Assembly (NCBI RefSeq): GCF_009914755.1
Contig: NC_060944.1
DNA length: 64,000 nt
DNA from: the human T2T-CHM13v2.0 reference genome, Homo sapiens
Reading direction: 5' to 3' (one strand)
Shown here: positions 39,309 to 54,000 of the stretch, in pieces
How the letters are laid out: each line of letters opens with the position of its first letter
Position numbering within the stretch: position 1 is the stretch's first letter
Made by a program: the position numbers and the translations under genes
Notes under the pieces: model-generated
Databases searched by the model: none
The model's input: the letters and a program-made list of their open reading frames with translations, nothing else
Told to the model about the DNA's origin: nothing

Positions 39309-42300
39309 CACCACATTTTGGGCTGGGCCCATATTTGTCAATTGTGAATTGTGTTGCTATAAACATGTGTGTGCAAGTGTCTTTTTCATATAATGACTTA
39401 TTTTCCTCTGGATAGATACCCAGTAGTGGGATTGCTGGATCAAATAGTAGATCTACTTCTGTTCTTTAAAGAATCTCCATACTGTTTTCTATAGTGGTTG
39501 TACTAGTTTACATTCCCATCAGCAGTGTGGAAGTGTTCCCTTTTTGCCACATATACACAAACATCTATTATTTTTAAATTATGGCCATTCTTGTAGGAGT
39601 AAGGTGGTATTGCATTGTGGTTTTGATTTGCATTTCCCTGACAATTACTGATGTTAAGCATTTTTTCATATGTTTGTTGGTTATTTGCGTATCTTCCTTT
39701 GAAAATTGTCTATTCATGTCCTTAGCCAACTTTTTGATGGGATTATTTGGTTTTTTTCTTGCTGATTTGTTTGAGTTCCTTGTAGATTCTGGATATTAGT
39801 CCTTTGTTGGATACATAGTTTGTGAGGACTTTTTACCACTCTGTGGGTTGTCTGTTTACTCTGCTGTTTATTTATTTTACTGACCAGGAACTAGTAGTTT
39901 AATTAAGTCCCATCTATTTAGCTTTGTTTTTGTTGCATTTGCTTTTGGGTTCTTGGTCATGAAGTCTTTGCCCAAGCCAATGTCTAGAAGGGTTTTTCCA
40001 ATGTTATGTTCTAGAATTGTTATGGTTTCAGGTCTCAGGATTAAGTCTTCGATCCATCTTTACTTGATTTTTGTGTATGGTGGGAGTGGAGGATCCAGTT
40101 TCATTCTTCTACATATGGCTTGCCAATTATCTTGGCATCATTTGTTGAATAGGGTGCCCTTTCCCCACTCTCTGTTTTTGTTTGCTTTGTTGAAGATCAG
40201 TTGGCTGTTAAGTATTTGGGTTTATTTCTGGGTTCTCTATTCAGTTCCCTTGGTCTATGTGCCTGTTTTTATGCCAGTACCATGCTGTTTTGGTGACTTT
40301 AGCCTTATACTGTAGTTTGAAGTCAGGTATCTTTTTCTTAGTCTTGCTTTGGGTATGTGGGCTCCTCCTTGATTCTGTATATATTTTAGGGTGTTTTTCT
40401 AGTTCTGTGAAGAATGATGATAGTATTTTGATGGAAATTGCATTGAATTTATAGATTGCTTTTGGCAATATGTCAGTATGGTCATTTAGACAATGTTGAT
40501 TCTACCCATCTGTGGGTATAAGATGTGTTTCCATTTGTTTGTGTCATCTATGATTTCTTTCAGCAGTGTTTTGTAGTTTTCTTTCTTTCACTTTCTTGAT
40601 TAGGTATATTCCTAAGTATTTTATTTGTTTGCAGCTATTGTCAAAAGAGTTGAGTTCTTGATTTGATTCTCAGCTTGGTGGTTGTTGGTGTATAAAAGTG
40701 CTACTAATTTGTGTACATTGATTTTATATCTTGAAACTTTATCAAATTCATTTATCACATCTAGGAACATTTTGGGTGAGTTTTTAGGGTTTTATAGGTA
40801 TATGATCATATCATGGGTGAATAGCAACAGTTTGACTTCCTCTTTACCAATCTGGATATCCTTTATTTCTTTCTCTTGTCTGATTGCTCTGGCTAGGACT
40901 TCCAGTACTGTGTTGAATAGAAGTGGTGAAAGTGGGCATCCTTGTCTCCTTCCACTTCTCAGGGGGGATGCTTTCAACATTTCCCCATTCAGTATAAAGT
41001 TGGCCATGGGTTTGTCATAGATGGCTTTTGTTACCTTAAGGTATGTCCCTTCTATGCTAATTTTGCTGAGGGTTTTTATCATAAAGGGATGCTAGATTTT
41101 GTCAAAAGCTTTTTCTGCATCTCTTGAGATAATAATGTATCTTTTGTTTTTAATTCTGTTTATGTGGCGTATTACGTTTATTGACTTGTGTATGTTAGAT
41201 CATCTCTGCATCCCTGGTATAAAACAGACTAGATTATAGTGGATTTTTTTTTGATATGCTGTTGGATTTGGTTAGCTAGTATTTTGTTGAGGATTTTTGT
41301 GTCTATGCTTATCAGGGATATTGGTCTGTAGTTTCCTTTTTTTATTTTATCCTTTCCTGGTTTGGTATTAGAATGATACTGGTTTCATAGAATGATTTAA
41401 GGAGGATTCTCTTTTTCTCTTTTGGAATAGTTTCAATAGGATTGGTACCAATTCTTCTTTGAACGTCTGGTAGAATTCAGCTATGAGGTCCTGGACTTTT
41501 TTTTTTGGCAATTTTTTAATTACCATTTCAATCTCACTGCTTGTTATTGGTCGGTTTAGAGTTTCTGTATCTTCTTGGTTTAATCTAGGAGGGCTGTATA
41601 TTTCCAGGAACTTATCCATCTCCTTTAGGTTTTCTAGTTTGTGCATGTAAAGGTGTTCATAATAGCTTTGCATATTCTTTTGCATTTCTGTGATATCGGT
41701 TGTAATATCTCCCATTTTGTTTCTAATAGAGCTTACTTGAGTCTTCTTTCTTCTTGATTACTCTTGCTAATTGTCTATCAATTTTATTTATCTTTTCAAA
41801 GGACCTGCTTTTTGTTTCATTTATCTTTTGCATTTTTTTGTTTCAATTTCATTTAGTTCCGCCCTGATCTTTCTTTGTTTTTTTTTTTTTTCTTCTGCTG
41901 GGTTTGGGTTTGGTTTGTTCTTGTTCCTTTAGTTTTTTGAGGTGTGACCTTAGATTGTCTATTTGTGCTCTTCCAGACTTTTTGATGTAGGCATTTCACA
42001 CTATGAGCTTTTCTCTTAGCACCGCTTTTGCTATATCCCAGAGGTTTTGATAGATTGTGTCACTATTATAGTTCAGTTCAAAGAATTTTTAAATTTCCAT
42101 CTTGATTTCATTGTTGACCCAACAATCATTTAGGAGCAGATTATTTAATTTCCATGTATTTGCATTGTTTTGAGGGCTCCTTTTGTAGTTGATTTCCAAT
42201 TATATTCCACTGTGGTCTGAGAGAGTACTTTGATATAATTTAGATTTTTAAAAATTTACTGAGACTTGTTTTGTGGCCTATCATATGGTCTATCTTGGAG

Positions 42301-42934
42301 AATGTTCCATGTGCTGATGAATAGAATGTATATTCTTCAGTGGTTGGGTAGAATGTTCTGTAAATATCTGTTATGCCCATTTGTTGTAGGGTATAGTTTA
42401 AGTCCATTGTTTCTTTGTTGACTTTCTGTCTGGATGACCTGTCTAGCACTGTCAGTGGAGTATTAACGCCCCCACTATTATTGTGTTGTCATCTGTCTCA
42501 TTTTTTTAGGTCTAGCAGTACTTGTTTTATAAATTTGGGAACTCCAGTGTTAGGTGCATATATATTTAGAATTGTGATATTTTCCTGTTGGATTAGTCTG
42601 TTTACCATTATATAATGTCCCCCCTTGTCTCTTTTAACTGCTGTTGCTTTAAATATTGTTTTGTCTGAAATAAGAAATAGCTATTCCTGCTTGCTTTTGG
42701 TGTCCATTTGCATGGACTATCTTTTTCCACTCCTTTACCTTAAGTTTATGTGAGTTGTCATGTGTTAGGCGAGTCTCCTGAAGACAGCAGGAACTTGGTT
42801 GGTGAATTCTCATCCATTCTGCTATTCTGTATCTTTTAACTGGAGGGAGCATTTAGGCCAGTTACATTCAACATTAGTATTGAGATATGTGGTGCTATTC
42901 TACCCATTATGCTATTTGTTGCCTGAATACCTTG

Positions 42935-42965
<31 letters not shown>

Positions 42966-43795
42966 CATTATGTTATTTTATTACAGGCCCTGTGAGATTC
43001 ATGCTTTAAGGAGATTCTATTTTGGTGTATTTCAATGTTTTGTTTCAAGATTTAGAATTCCTTTTAGCAGTTCTTGTAGTGCTGGCTTGGTAGTGATGAA
43101 TTCTCTCAGCATTTGTTTGTCTGAAAAAGACTGTATCTTTCCTTCATTTATGAAGCTCAGTTTCACTGGATACAAAATTTTTAGCTAATTGTTTTGTTTA
43201 AGGAGGCCAAAGATAGGACCCCCATCCCTTCTAGCTTGCAGGTTTCTGCTGAGAAAACTGCTGTTAATCTGATAGATTTTTCTTTATAGGTTACCTGATG
43301 CTTTTGCCTCACAGATTTTAAGATTCTTTCCTTTGTCTTGACTTCAGATAACCTAATGACTATGTGCCTGGGTGATGATCTTTTTGTGATAAATTTCCCA
43401 GGTGTTCTTTGAGCTTCTTTTATTTGGATGTCTAGATCTCTATCAAGGCCAGAGAAGTTTTCTTCATTTATTCCCTCAAATAAGTTTTCCCAACTTTTAG
43501 ATTTCTCTTCCTCCTAGGGAACACTAATTATTCTTAGGTTTGGTATTTAACATAATCCCAAACTTGTTGGAGGCTTCATTTTCTTTGATTCTTTTTTCTT
43601 TGTCTTTGTCACATTGGGTTAATTCAAAAGCCTTGTCTTGAAGCTCTGAAGCTCTTTCTTCTACTTATTCAATTCTATTATCGAGACTTTCTAGTATATT
43701 TCATATTTCTCTAAGTGTGTCTTTCATTTCCAGAAGTCGTGATTGTTTTTTATTTATGCTATCAATTTCTCTGGAGAGTTTTTCATTCATATTCT
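38865..43795 (-). mobile_element. L1PB-like, ~4.9 kb, 5'-truncated within ORF1
   Basis: (TTTA)n tail, 'caataggtttttggggaacagg' 3' end; minus-strand ORF2 fragments (40792-41082 '[14 protein letters not shown]'; 42240-42449; 42649-42852). Confidence 0.92.
39250..39310. repeat. (TG)(TA)(CA)n microsatellite within the L1PB 3' region
   Basis: About 15 CA units read directly. Confidence 0.95.
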
Positions 43796-43899
43796 TTACT
43801 AACTGCTATAATATTGCCTTGTTTAAATGTACACTGAATTATTTGTATTTTTCCCCTGTAGTTGGACATTAAGTTGTTTCCAATGTTTTACAACTATAA

Positions 43900-44240
<341 letters not shown>

Positions 44241-44829
44241 TTAGTGATGACTCTTAACCAGAAAATAGACTTATGCCTAAGTGATCTATATCTCCTTCCC
44301 TCTCCTGAACAAGCAAGTACTTGCAAAGGCTTCCTTGTGATCCCACCCTCATGACATAAATGATGTTGTGCTTCGTAATTTAGTTCCAACCTCTTTTAAC
44401 CCTCAAATTTAGCCATTGTTGTTCTCATTTTATAAACTAATGCTTTCACAGATATCCCCTCATGTTCTGTAACACTTTCTTAGATTTATCTTCATGTTCA
44501 GCAACTTTTTTTCTCCCTATTTATTCTTGCATTTCATTTCTTTCTTCTGATCCACTTCTCTTTTTCCTGGAGTTTATCCTTTAGTAATTATTTCAATGAC
44601 CATCCACTAGAGAAGCATGAAGCATGTAAAACTACACAGTTTCCTGAGTCACTTTCCAGAGTCTTACCCATGCTGTCTTTTCAAACTTTATTCCTTGTCC
44701 CTAGGAGTTCATGAGATTTCCTTTTCTTCTACTTAATAAAACTCAAGTTGAATTGAGTTAGTGCCTGTTCTGTGAAGCCAGTGTCCTTTCTAGAGAAAAT
44801 GGCATATATATATCACAACTTTTTTACTG

Positions 44830-45300
44830 CATGTGACAACAAAACCTGTCAAATATGCTAATACCAAATAGGAATGTGTGGTTCCAGAGGACTCATTTGA
44901 TCCAAGTCAAGTAATGCTCTTCACTTAGTTGTCTATTGTTTCTTATGTCAATTTGCTAAGTGCTGGCTTTGTTGATGGGCAACTATCAAATATAGTGTTT
45001 CAAGATAACTTCCAGGTTTAATGCTAGGAGAAAAATGAAGACAATTTTCCAGCAATCTTCATAAAGTCTCCCTGCATTTCATTAGCTATGATTTCGTCAC
45101 TTACTCTTTCTGAACTGATTACTGTAGTCAGAGAATAAAATACTCTAACTGACTGGACCTGATTTCCCTGCCCACCTCTGGAGGCAATTCCACGGAATTC
45201 ACAGTGGATTCAATTTCACTGGGAATTCATGAGCTAAGAGGGGGAGAGAAAATGACTTCCCAGAAGGAAAATGGGATATAGGTTTCAAAATGAATTCATG
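44830..45300 (-). mobile_element. Old MaLR LTR (MLT1-like)
   Basis: 'tgaactgattactgtagtcagag...ctgcccacctctggagg'. Confidence 0.5.
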
Positions 45301-45369
45301 CATAGATTAGTGAAGAACCACCAAAAGGTGAAGAAAAAGCAAACACAACAGACGTCTCTACCTCCTAGA

Positions 45370-45932
45370 ACTCTGCTGGGCACTGTGGAGACAGATGGGC
45401 ACCCATTATACAATCCCTACTTCAAAACACTCGATAAAAACTTGAAGGACCAGAGTAGCAAACACTGTTGTTCCCCACTCCATATCTTCTACATCCACTG
45501 AGTTAACTGCAGCTGCAGCCCATATCTCCCATCAAGCTGAGAACTTCTCTCTTTGATTGTCTTCTTTTCTTTTTCTCCTGCTTGAGGGTTTTCTTCATCC
45601 TCATTGTACAGGGGTTCCTGAAAAGTGAGAGGGTGAATGCCTTCAGGGGCAACTTTCAGACAACAGGGGACAGAAGTTGATGGATAACACTCCAGCCTCC
45701 CTATCCTCCATCCAGTTGGCTCCACACAGTATCTCAGAAAGTCCCCAGCAGTGTGAAGCCTCAGTTTCTCACAAAGTAACCCATTTACTAACACACTCTT
45801 TCTTGGCTTTCCTCTCCTGTTTCACTCTCCCCCTCGCCCTCACTTGTGCTTCTGAAGTTATCCCCACCTCACATAGATTTTCTGTAACCAGTCCCGTGTT
45901 GGTGTCTGATGTTGAGAGAAATCAAGGTAAGA
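45370..45932 (+). mobile_element. ERVL LTR16-like LTR
   Basis: 'gaatgccttcaggggcaac...gtccccagcag...ttggctttcctctcctgtttcactctcccc'. Confidence 0.6.
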
Positions 45933-46679
45933 ATAAAGTATCCTATGAGAAAACACTGGAGAGTGATCTCATGTAGGATTTGCTTGTCATAGCGGGGTGG
46001 AAGTGAATGCTGGCTAGCAAAAGAAAGAAGAAAGTACTTAGAATGACTAGAAGTACTAGAAAAATGGGAAAGGGGAGAGAGAGTGAGTGTGCGTGTGTGT
46101 GTGAGAGATTGATTTAGCTGTTAGCTGCATCTTAGTGGCTAAGAAGGAATATTCCAGAAAGGCAGAATAGCATAAACTGGATGAATAGCAGCAGGAATGT
46201 GTAATGCTAGGAGTGAGTGAAGTTACTCAGAGATTAGCACATGTTTGTTGAGGGCATACTGAATGTCAGGCCTTGTTCTAAGTGCTAGACTGCAGTGGGG
46301 AGAAGTCACAAAATCACTCCCCTTTTATGTCTGTATTCTAATATGGCAGAGGGGCAAGAGAGAGTGAACATTGAATTCAAGAATTAATCCTACCTGCTAC
46401 CCACCTCGACTCCAGTGACTTCCTACCTACTTCTTGTAGAAAGAACATTGGTAGTGTGGGGACTGGCTTGCAAATATGGTTGTCATCCTTGTCTTTGCTG
46501 GACCTTGAAGGGCATTAAAACAATCCACTTCCTGGGCTAGATGGTCACTTGTCAACAGCCTTTAAAAATGTGGACAAAGAAATATACAACATTTTGTCTG
46601 TAGAATTCTTATTAAAAGCGTATACTCTTAAACTAATCATTAAGAAACATTAAACAAAACCCAAATGAGAGATATTTGA

Positions 46680-47178
46680 CAGCTGTCTTGTCCAATACCA
46701 TAGCTACTAGCTGCATGTAGCTATTTTAATTAAAATTAAATAAAATTTAAAATTCAGTTCCAAGGGTAAAAAAATTTCAGGTAGACAGGAAGAATTTTTT
46801 CGTAGTTCTATTGCACAACATAGTAAATATAGTTAATAATGGAGTATTGCACATTTCAAAATTGCTAATAAATTTTAAATGTTTTCACTATGAAAAGTGT
46901 TAAGTATTTGAGATGATGGGTGTATTAATTAGCTTGACTTAATTATTCTACATTGTATTTATAAATCATTACATTACTTTGCATTCCATAAATTTATAAA
47001 ATTATAAATTGTCAAGATTGTCAATTTATAATAAAAAATTAACTAAATAAAATTTAAACTGGGTATAGTGGTCCACACCTCTAATCCCAGCAACTCAGGA
47101 GGCAGAGGCAGGAGGATTGCTGGAGCCCAGGAGTTCAAGTCCAGCCTGGGCAACATACCAAGACTCAACCTCTATGAA

Positions 47179-47209
<31 letters not shown>

Positions 47210-47336
47210 AATTAAATTCCTAAGCCCCACTAGCCACATTTCAAATGCACTTCCATGTGATGAATGGCTGTCATATTGGTCAGCACAGATACACAGCATT
47301 TCTGTCATTGCAGAAAGTTCTACAGGATGGCCCTGA
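46680..47336. mobile_element. hAT-Charlie MITE (MER3-like) split by an L1MA 3' end (~46762-47058) and a FLAM with (AAAT)n tail (~47059-47210), all inside an L1M 3' fragment (~46560-47650)
   Basis: 'tgtccaata...agctactagctgcatgtagctatt' ... 'cactagccacatttcaa...cattgcagaaagttcta'; monomeric Alu 'gggtatagtggtccacacctctaatcccagc'. Confidence 0.7.
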
Positions 47337-47769
47337 TGTACAGAATAGCTTTTCTAAACGTCAAGGTCAGGAAAGACTGAGGGACTATTCCATAGTAAAG
47401 TAGACCAATGTGACATGACGACTGAATGCAATGTGAGCTCTTGGGTTGGATCCTGAAACAGAAAAAAGACATCAGTGGGAAAAATAGAGAAATCTGAATA
47501 AGACTTGGATTAGTTAACAATACTCTATTGGTGTTAATTTTATGGTTTTGATTATTATACTGTGGTTATATAAGATGTAAACATTTGTATTATTTTTGCA
47601 ACTGTGCTGTAAGTCTGAATTTATTTCAAAATTATAAAGAAAAATAAAATAAGAAATCATCTATTGGCCCCATCTGGCTATTTATATTATTTTATCTTTT
47701 ATTATTTATTGCACCCCACCATATTTTATGAGTACAATTCATTGATTAGTCCATTTATTAGTGGGGCGA

Positions 47770-50700
47770 GTCATCCACTCCCTGCTTGGCAATGAGGACT
47801 CTATTGCTGGAGATGGGCAGAGCACTGAAAGTCCCCATCACGACATGTTGCAGTGGTACAATTGTCAACATTTTATTATTAGTGACCTGGAATGTGATTC
47901 TTGAACAAAATACTCAAGTAGGTGCAAGATGTCAGGCATCTGAAAAGCACAGAGGAAGTAGTAATTATAACTATGGAATTGAATGCCACTTGCTAAGTAC
48001 AAATGATGCATAGGAGAAATTCAGTGAAAGGTCAAGAATGATTAATCATCAGTTTAAGGCAAAATATGAAAATCAGAGGACCTCCTTATCATTGTGTAAA
48101 GTAACTCTCATATCCTGCAGCTGGAAGATGACAAAAATATGAGAACCAGGCCTACGATGTAATTAAGAAGGTAGCAGAGCTTCAGAGAAGGTGGTCAAAT
48201 TATTAGTCATCTTGAGATCCTTCAGCACACTGGTCCACCATATTGATGATGTCATGCTGGTTGGGCTAAATTAACAAGAATTAACAGGTGCACTAGAGTC
48301 TTGGTAAGAGACATATGTTCCAGAGAATGGGAGTAAACTCTACAAAGATTCCTACATAAGTAAAATTTTGGGGGAGGTCCAGTGGTGTGGGGCATGCTAG
48401 ATATTTCACTCCAAGTATTGTGCCTCCCACCTTTGACCACTAGGAAGGAAGTTTCATTCCTGGTAGGACTCTTTAGATTCCAGAGGCAGTTATCCAACAC
48501 TTGGCATACTTCTCTGACCCGTTTACTAGGTGACATGGAATGCTGTCAATTTCAAGTGGGTTCCAGTGGGAAAGGACTATTGATCTAGACTGTGGTGTAA
48601 ATAACCCTGCTGCTTAGCCCACATGTTCCATCAGACCCTAAGGCATTTGAGGAACTTATGAGGGCAAAAGACACTATCTGGACCTTGGTAAGCCCTAATA
48701 AGAATAATCACTTTAGACCTAGGGTTCTGGGGCAAGGCTATGCCATCTTCAGCGGAGAATTATACACATGGAAGATGGCTCCTTGCATGTTACTGGGCTT
48801 GGTAGGGAATAGTACCTAACCGTTAGGACATCTCTGTCCATTTCTGTCAAATCTACCAAGTTATCAGGTTGCGTGAGCCCGGCAGCAATCCACGTTAAGA
48901 TGGAAGCCACACAACAAGATTGGGTATAAGCATTGACAGAAGCTTAAGTAAGCTGGATGAGAAAGGGACTCATGCCATTCAGCACTATTGCACCAGTTCC
49001 TCTCCCGCAGCTCACACCCATGGCTGGGTGTGTATGCATGTGACTCACATATGACCCGACCAGTGGACAGAGGAGGAAAATGGTAGGGCTGGTGGCCCTG
49101 AATGACAGCTATGAGAGTGAAATCCTCCCAGTGACCACAAATTTGGGCAGTGACCTTGTTGTCTACTTTCTGTGGAAAGAGAAGTGCCCCAACATAATAT
49201 GAATCTTCTGTTACATACATACAATTGTGTGATACACATAATTCATCAACTATGGGAATGGATTTTCTGCTTGCTGTGGAATGTGGGAGGAGGAGGATTG
49301 GAAGACCAAGGACAAGAAGGTCCGGGTAAATGCATGTTAATAGACAGATAAAGTAGGCACAAAGTAGGAAACTTTTTGTTTTGGATAGAGAGTGTTCTCT
49401 ATGGAAGAGGCACAAAACAACAAAGTGAACAGAATGACTCAATCAGTGTAAGTCGGCCAGCCTCTGACTTTGGCCACTCCACTGTCAGCATGGTGAACAT
49501 GTGAACAGAGTAGCCAAGGATGGACTCAACAGCATGGAGTCCCACATGGCAGCTCATTGGAAGGTGCCCATTGTACAGCAAAGAGCTGCAGTAGTGAGTC
49601 CATGCCCTTGAGATCCACGTGTCCTATCACGTATCACTTCACCCAGAGGCTACCAGCCTCCTACAGGCATCTGAAGATATAGCTGAAGAGTGAGCTTAGA
49701 AATGATGGCCCCCAAGCATGGGGCATCATCTTCCAAGATGTGGTACATAGCCTCAATCAATAATCATTTGATGGTGCTGTGTTCCTCATGGGCAGAACAC
49801 ATGGGTTGGAAAATAAGAGGAGGATATAGGAGTGGCCCCACTTTGCCATTACTCTGGATGATCCAATTGGGAGATTCGTGTTTTTTGTCCCAACCCTCAT
49901 TTCTGCAGTTTCTGTGATAATACTTCTACCAGGAGATAGTCAGAGTACCATTAAATTTTCAGATGCTGCCGTCATATGGTCACTTCTGGCTCCTCGTGTC
50001 AAACAGCAGGCAAAAAAATGAGTCCCCACCTTGGCAAGAATAAATGGGTTTGATTATCACAGGAGGTAGGGCTGCTGTGACACAATGGGAAAAATATATT
50101 TGGAATTCAGGTGATCCTGTTATTGCACCCTAGACCGTGATTTCTTTGGCTCTTGTGTAAGCAGAAATTAACACCAGGCCTAATGGAGATTTGTCTCAGG
50201 CAAGGTTTAATAGGCTTGTGCCTCCAGCACACAGAGGAACAGTGCATAGGGAAGGGATCCTGGTACCAGCTCATTGAGGGGCTCGGTTCTTATCATTTTA
50301 AGGAAGTTGAGGCAGGAAAAGGAATGTTAAGGTGGTGGTCTTTCCCACACTTGTGTAGTGGGACATCATGCTGTAACATATATCGCATGACCAGAAAATG
50401 ATGGGTAAGCCCCACCCTGGGCAGATATTTTAGTATTATAATGAAATTATAATGAGGAAAAAGTCAGTGAAAGGTCTTCGCTGGAGTCTACTTTGCCTTC
50501 AGGCAGCTGGATCTGGTCAGGTTTTTATCAGGAATGCCAGAGTCTTGCTTCAGTGACCTTAGAAGGCATTACTCAAAGATATAAATGGTTAGGTTCTTCC
50601 TTTTTTGCTTAGGAATTAGGCCTGGTCAGCGAAATTAGGAGAGGCTCCCTTCCTGCTATGTGACTTGGGTCAGCTTGTTAAGGGAGGTAAAAAGGTAGGG

Positions 50701-51010
50701 GAGGAAATATGCCTGAACATGTAAAGCCCATCAGTACCTAGGTTACCATGCCATCTGTGTGCCAGGACCTAGTCTCTTCCTTATGCTGCCTCAATCCTTT
50801 GGAGTGTCTCTTGGTGTACTCTGCCTATTTGTGACTGTGAATGGCAGAGTACGACACTGACCTCAGAAGGACTCATACCCTTCAAGGACGAGAGTCTAGG
50901 GCACGCCACCAGGTAAACCACCTAGACCATCAGTGATGCTCACTGATGGTGGGAAGAGAGTGGACAGGGTTGGGAGGTAGAACAGGTAATAGAGGAGGGA
51001 GACAATATCA
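47770..51010 (+). mobile_element. Decayed ERVL internal region (ERV3-16A3/ERVL-E-like)
   Basis: RT-like 'ctggtccaccatattgatgatgtcatgctg' (LVHHIDDVML, ~48231-48260) and other ERVL pol-like stretches; no intact ORF. Confidence 0.7.
50118..50793 (-). mobile_element. ERV1 solo LTR (MER66/MER51-group-like) inserted in the ERVL relic
   Basis: TG...CA termini; perfect 4-bp TSD ATCC (50114-50117, 50794-50797); minus-strand ATTAAA at ~50205. Confidence 0.8.
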
Positions 51011-51019
51011 CCTGCTTAG

Positions 51020-51803
51020 CACTAACCTGCATCCTGCATATTTTCCTCTAGAAAATTTACTTCCATTACTAGGAGATGCAGGCATTAAAAGGCTGGCCCC
51101 TTACCTCATTTTGGGACCTTTCTGAAGGCACCATCCAAGCTCCAGGACTCCCCTGGGGTCAGCCGAGCACCGTGAAGACTGAATCGGTATTTAACTTCTC
51201 CCTCTGCCCATCACTGCTTCCCTTACTCTCTGGTGGCTTTAAGATCTGTCCGTACATTCTTTTGTGCTCCTTCCCAGTAGAGATGCAGTTTCATTTCTCT
51301 CCTCTTGTGTGTGGGCTGAACTTAGTGACTCATTTTAGTGAATAGATTACGGCAGGCATTGCAAGATGTCACTTCCTAGTGGCTTCGGTCTTGGTGTACT
51401 CCCTCCCTCACTCTGTCTTGTCACTCATTCTGGGGAGAGCCAGCTGCCATGTCACGTGAACACTGTTAAGCGGCCAGTGTGGTGAAGAACTGAGTGCTGC
51501 CAACACCATGCCCTGAGTTCAGGAGTGGATTGTCCCTTGACTGACAGTGTGACTGCATCCTCATGAGGAACCTAGAGCCAGAACCAGACAGCTAAGCTGC
51601 TCCTGGATTCCTGACCCCCAGAAATGGTGGAGATAATGAATGCTTATTGCTGCAAGCTGCAGAGTTTTGAGGTAATTTTTCACATCACAATAGGTAGCTA
51701 ATATATTCCCTTACAACTGCTGTCCTCAACAAAACTCTCCAATGAACTTCCTGCCTGAAAATCTTCCTCTCAGACTCTGTTTCTTGGGAAATCCATCCTA
51801 AGA
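51020..51803 (+). mobile_element. LTR16-like 3' LTR interrupted by an MLT1 LTR (~51230-51705)
   Basis: Ends 'ctcagactctgtttcttgggaaatccatcctaaga'; MLT1 motifs 'gtgggctgaacttagtgactc', 'cagctaagctgctcctggattcctgacccc'. Confidence 0.65.
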
Positions 51804-52099
51804 GAGAAAGCAAAAGCATGTATTAGGTAAAGGGCTTGCTTTTTCTGTGGAATGCTGTATTGTTGAGTGTAGAAAGACAAACATATGGCCATAAAGTGGT
51901 GTGAAGGGAGAAAGAAGGTTTTCTAAACCAGGCTAAGGAGATACAACTTCACCTTTGCCTTGTAGGCAAGTGGGAGTCTGTCCAGTGTTTTAGGGCAGAA
52001 ACGGCATTCTAGAAGCAGAATGAAGAATGGATAAAATGGAGGGACTAGCTACAGGGAGACAAAACTGGAGTTTACTATGTTCTTTGGACAAGAAATAAA

Positions 52100-52260
52100 A
52101 ATCATGGACTACCTCTAATCCCTGGTAGGTGGGACTAATAAAATAGAGATAATAACAGTACTTACTTTATAGAGGAGTTGTTAGGGCCATATGAGCTAAT
52201 AACTATAAAAGGGCTTAGAACAATGCCTGGAATGTAGACTCACTATGTAAGTGGTGGTTA
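52100..52260 (+). mobile_element. MIR fragment
   Basis: 'ataacagtacttac...aaagggcttagaacaatgcctgg'. Confidence 0.6.
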
Positions 52261-53339
52261 AAGAAGTATGTGTTAAGTCAGTGGCACCTCCAGGGCCAGA
52301 GAATTTACCAGTCAATGTTGGGACAGCCAAGGGTTGGAGAGGAATGGAAGAACATCCCAAGTAGTTCAGTTGGGCAGACAAAGGAGTGATTCAGCACTCA
52401 AGGAAACTTCTCATTAAGCGAATTTATGTTGAGTCCATGGCCATCATTCTGAGTTCAAGGCCTTACTCTCTCTCTCAAATGTGATTTGTGCTCTTGATAA
52501 TAAGGGTGACTGTCAAGAGAGGGAATAACCTATCACCATGAGAGTGAAAATAAACTCAAGCTTGTGCTCTGCTAACATCAGATCAGCAAATGCAGTCTCC
52601 TGAGAAGGGAGGAAGACTGTACCCTGCCCCGGACACCCTGTACTTGGCTCACAAAATGGATCCATTATGAGAGACTTCTAATGCCTTCAGGGCTTCTCTG
52701 TGTTTTCTCTGTGAATGAGAGAATGGACATTTGATGCTGTAATCTGACAAGTTCCTGCTGCCTCATCTTATAGGCCACAATAGATTACTTTCCTGAAAGG
52801 CAATTTCCCACTTACACAAGATCTAAAAGGCTTTCCCTGATATTTCAGCTGCTGGCTCTAGATAATGGGCCCAGTTAGACAGAGTGGTTATTGAATATCT
52901 ATGTAATTAAGAAAGTATCAGATGTCGTGTGGAATAATGAGGAGGAAATTTGTAGCCAAGAAGACAACATGGCCCAGTGCTGTATGAATACTCACTCAGA
53001 AATAAGTCTCTTACCCAAAATAAGGGCAGTGTCCTGAAATAAGGCTCCTTACCTGTTTTTTCCCACTGGCCTCCAGATTCTTGACTTTGCACATACCAAG
53101 ATTTTATATGCAGAACCACTTAATGGAAGTTCTTTAACTTGGGACTTTTGGAAGATGACAACAGAATTTTTGGAGAACTATTGAGCTCAACATTCTGAAA
53201 TGGAAAGGACACACAATTGTTTCAGCTTGGGTGACCTCCCTGAAGGAGATCCTGAGTCAAGGGCTTTTGAACAGAGGGTTTATCTAGGAGAATGAGTCCA
53301 AAAAACAGGAATAGGGCCTGAGAAGAGTACTCATTTCCA

Positions 53340-53990
53340 GCATCAGTATAGATACTTCCGCACTGTGATTTTTTATGGCTGCAGCCACAGGGATGTGTCA
53401 CAATTCATTTAACCACTTTTCAATTGTTTGGTACTTAGCTTGTTCCATTTTTTATTATGTACTCTTGAAAACAATATCTGAAACATCCATGTGCATTAAT
53501 CTCTGCAAACATAGCTATTTCCCAAGAATAAATTGTGACACTGAAGTGCTGAGTCAAAAGCTTTTGATGCATATTGCCAATTTTTCCTACAGAAAGTTGT
53601 ACCAATCTACATATTCACCAGCAGTGTATGAGAATGCTTGTTTCTTCATAAGCCAGGATATTACTATTTTAAAAAATCTCTGCCAGATAGAAAATAAGAT
53701 CTCATTTTGTCACATTTTTCTGAGGTATAGTAATGCTGAACAGTTAAAATATATTTATTGGTCATCAGAGTTGCTCTTGTTATGAATTACCTATTCATAT
53801 CCATTGTTCTTTTTTCTAGCAACTGTGCTACAGTATTTTTTAATATTTATTTGAACAAATTATTTATATATTAAGAATGCTATTCCTTTGCAAAAAATGT
53901 ATGTGTATATACTTCACCAGCTTGTTGCTTATTTTAAAATGTTGTTTATAACTTGATGTATGTAAGTTTACAAAGCTTATGATATGAAAT
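53340..53990 (-). mobile_element. Ancient L1ME-like fragment (host of the L1MA insertion; resumes ~57330-57480)
   Basis: 'catattgccaattt...accaatctacatattcaccagcagtgtatgagaatgc'. Confidence 0.65.
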
Positions 53991-54000
53991 CTAACAGATT

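Noticed and set aside
45196-45228. Imperfect 12-bp inverted repeat gaattcacagtg...cactgggaattc
   Set aside because: Short, imperfect and inside an old LTR; no support for function
48864-49442. Longest ORF (192 aa, minus strand)
   Set aside because: Antisense to decayed ERVL internal sequence with no recognisable domain; likely chance
45370-51803. Single two-LTR ERVL provirus
   Set aside because: I cannot align the two LTR16-like pieces to each other or find a PBS or TSD
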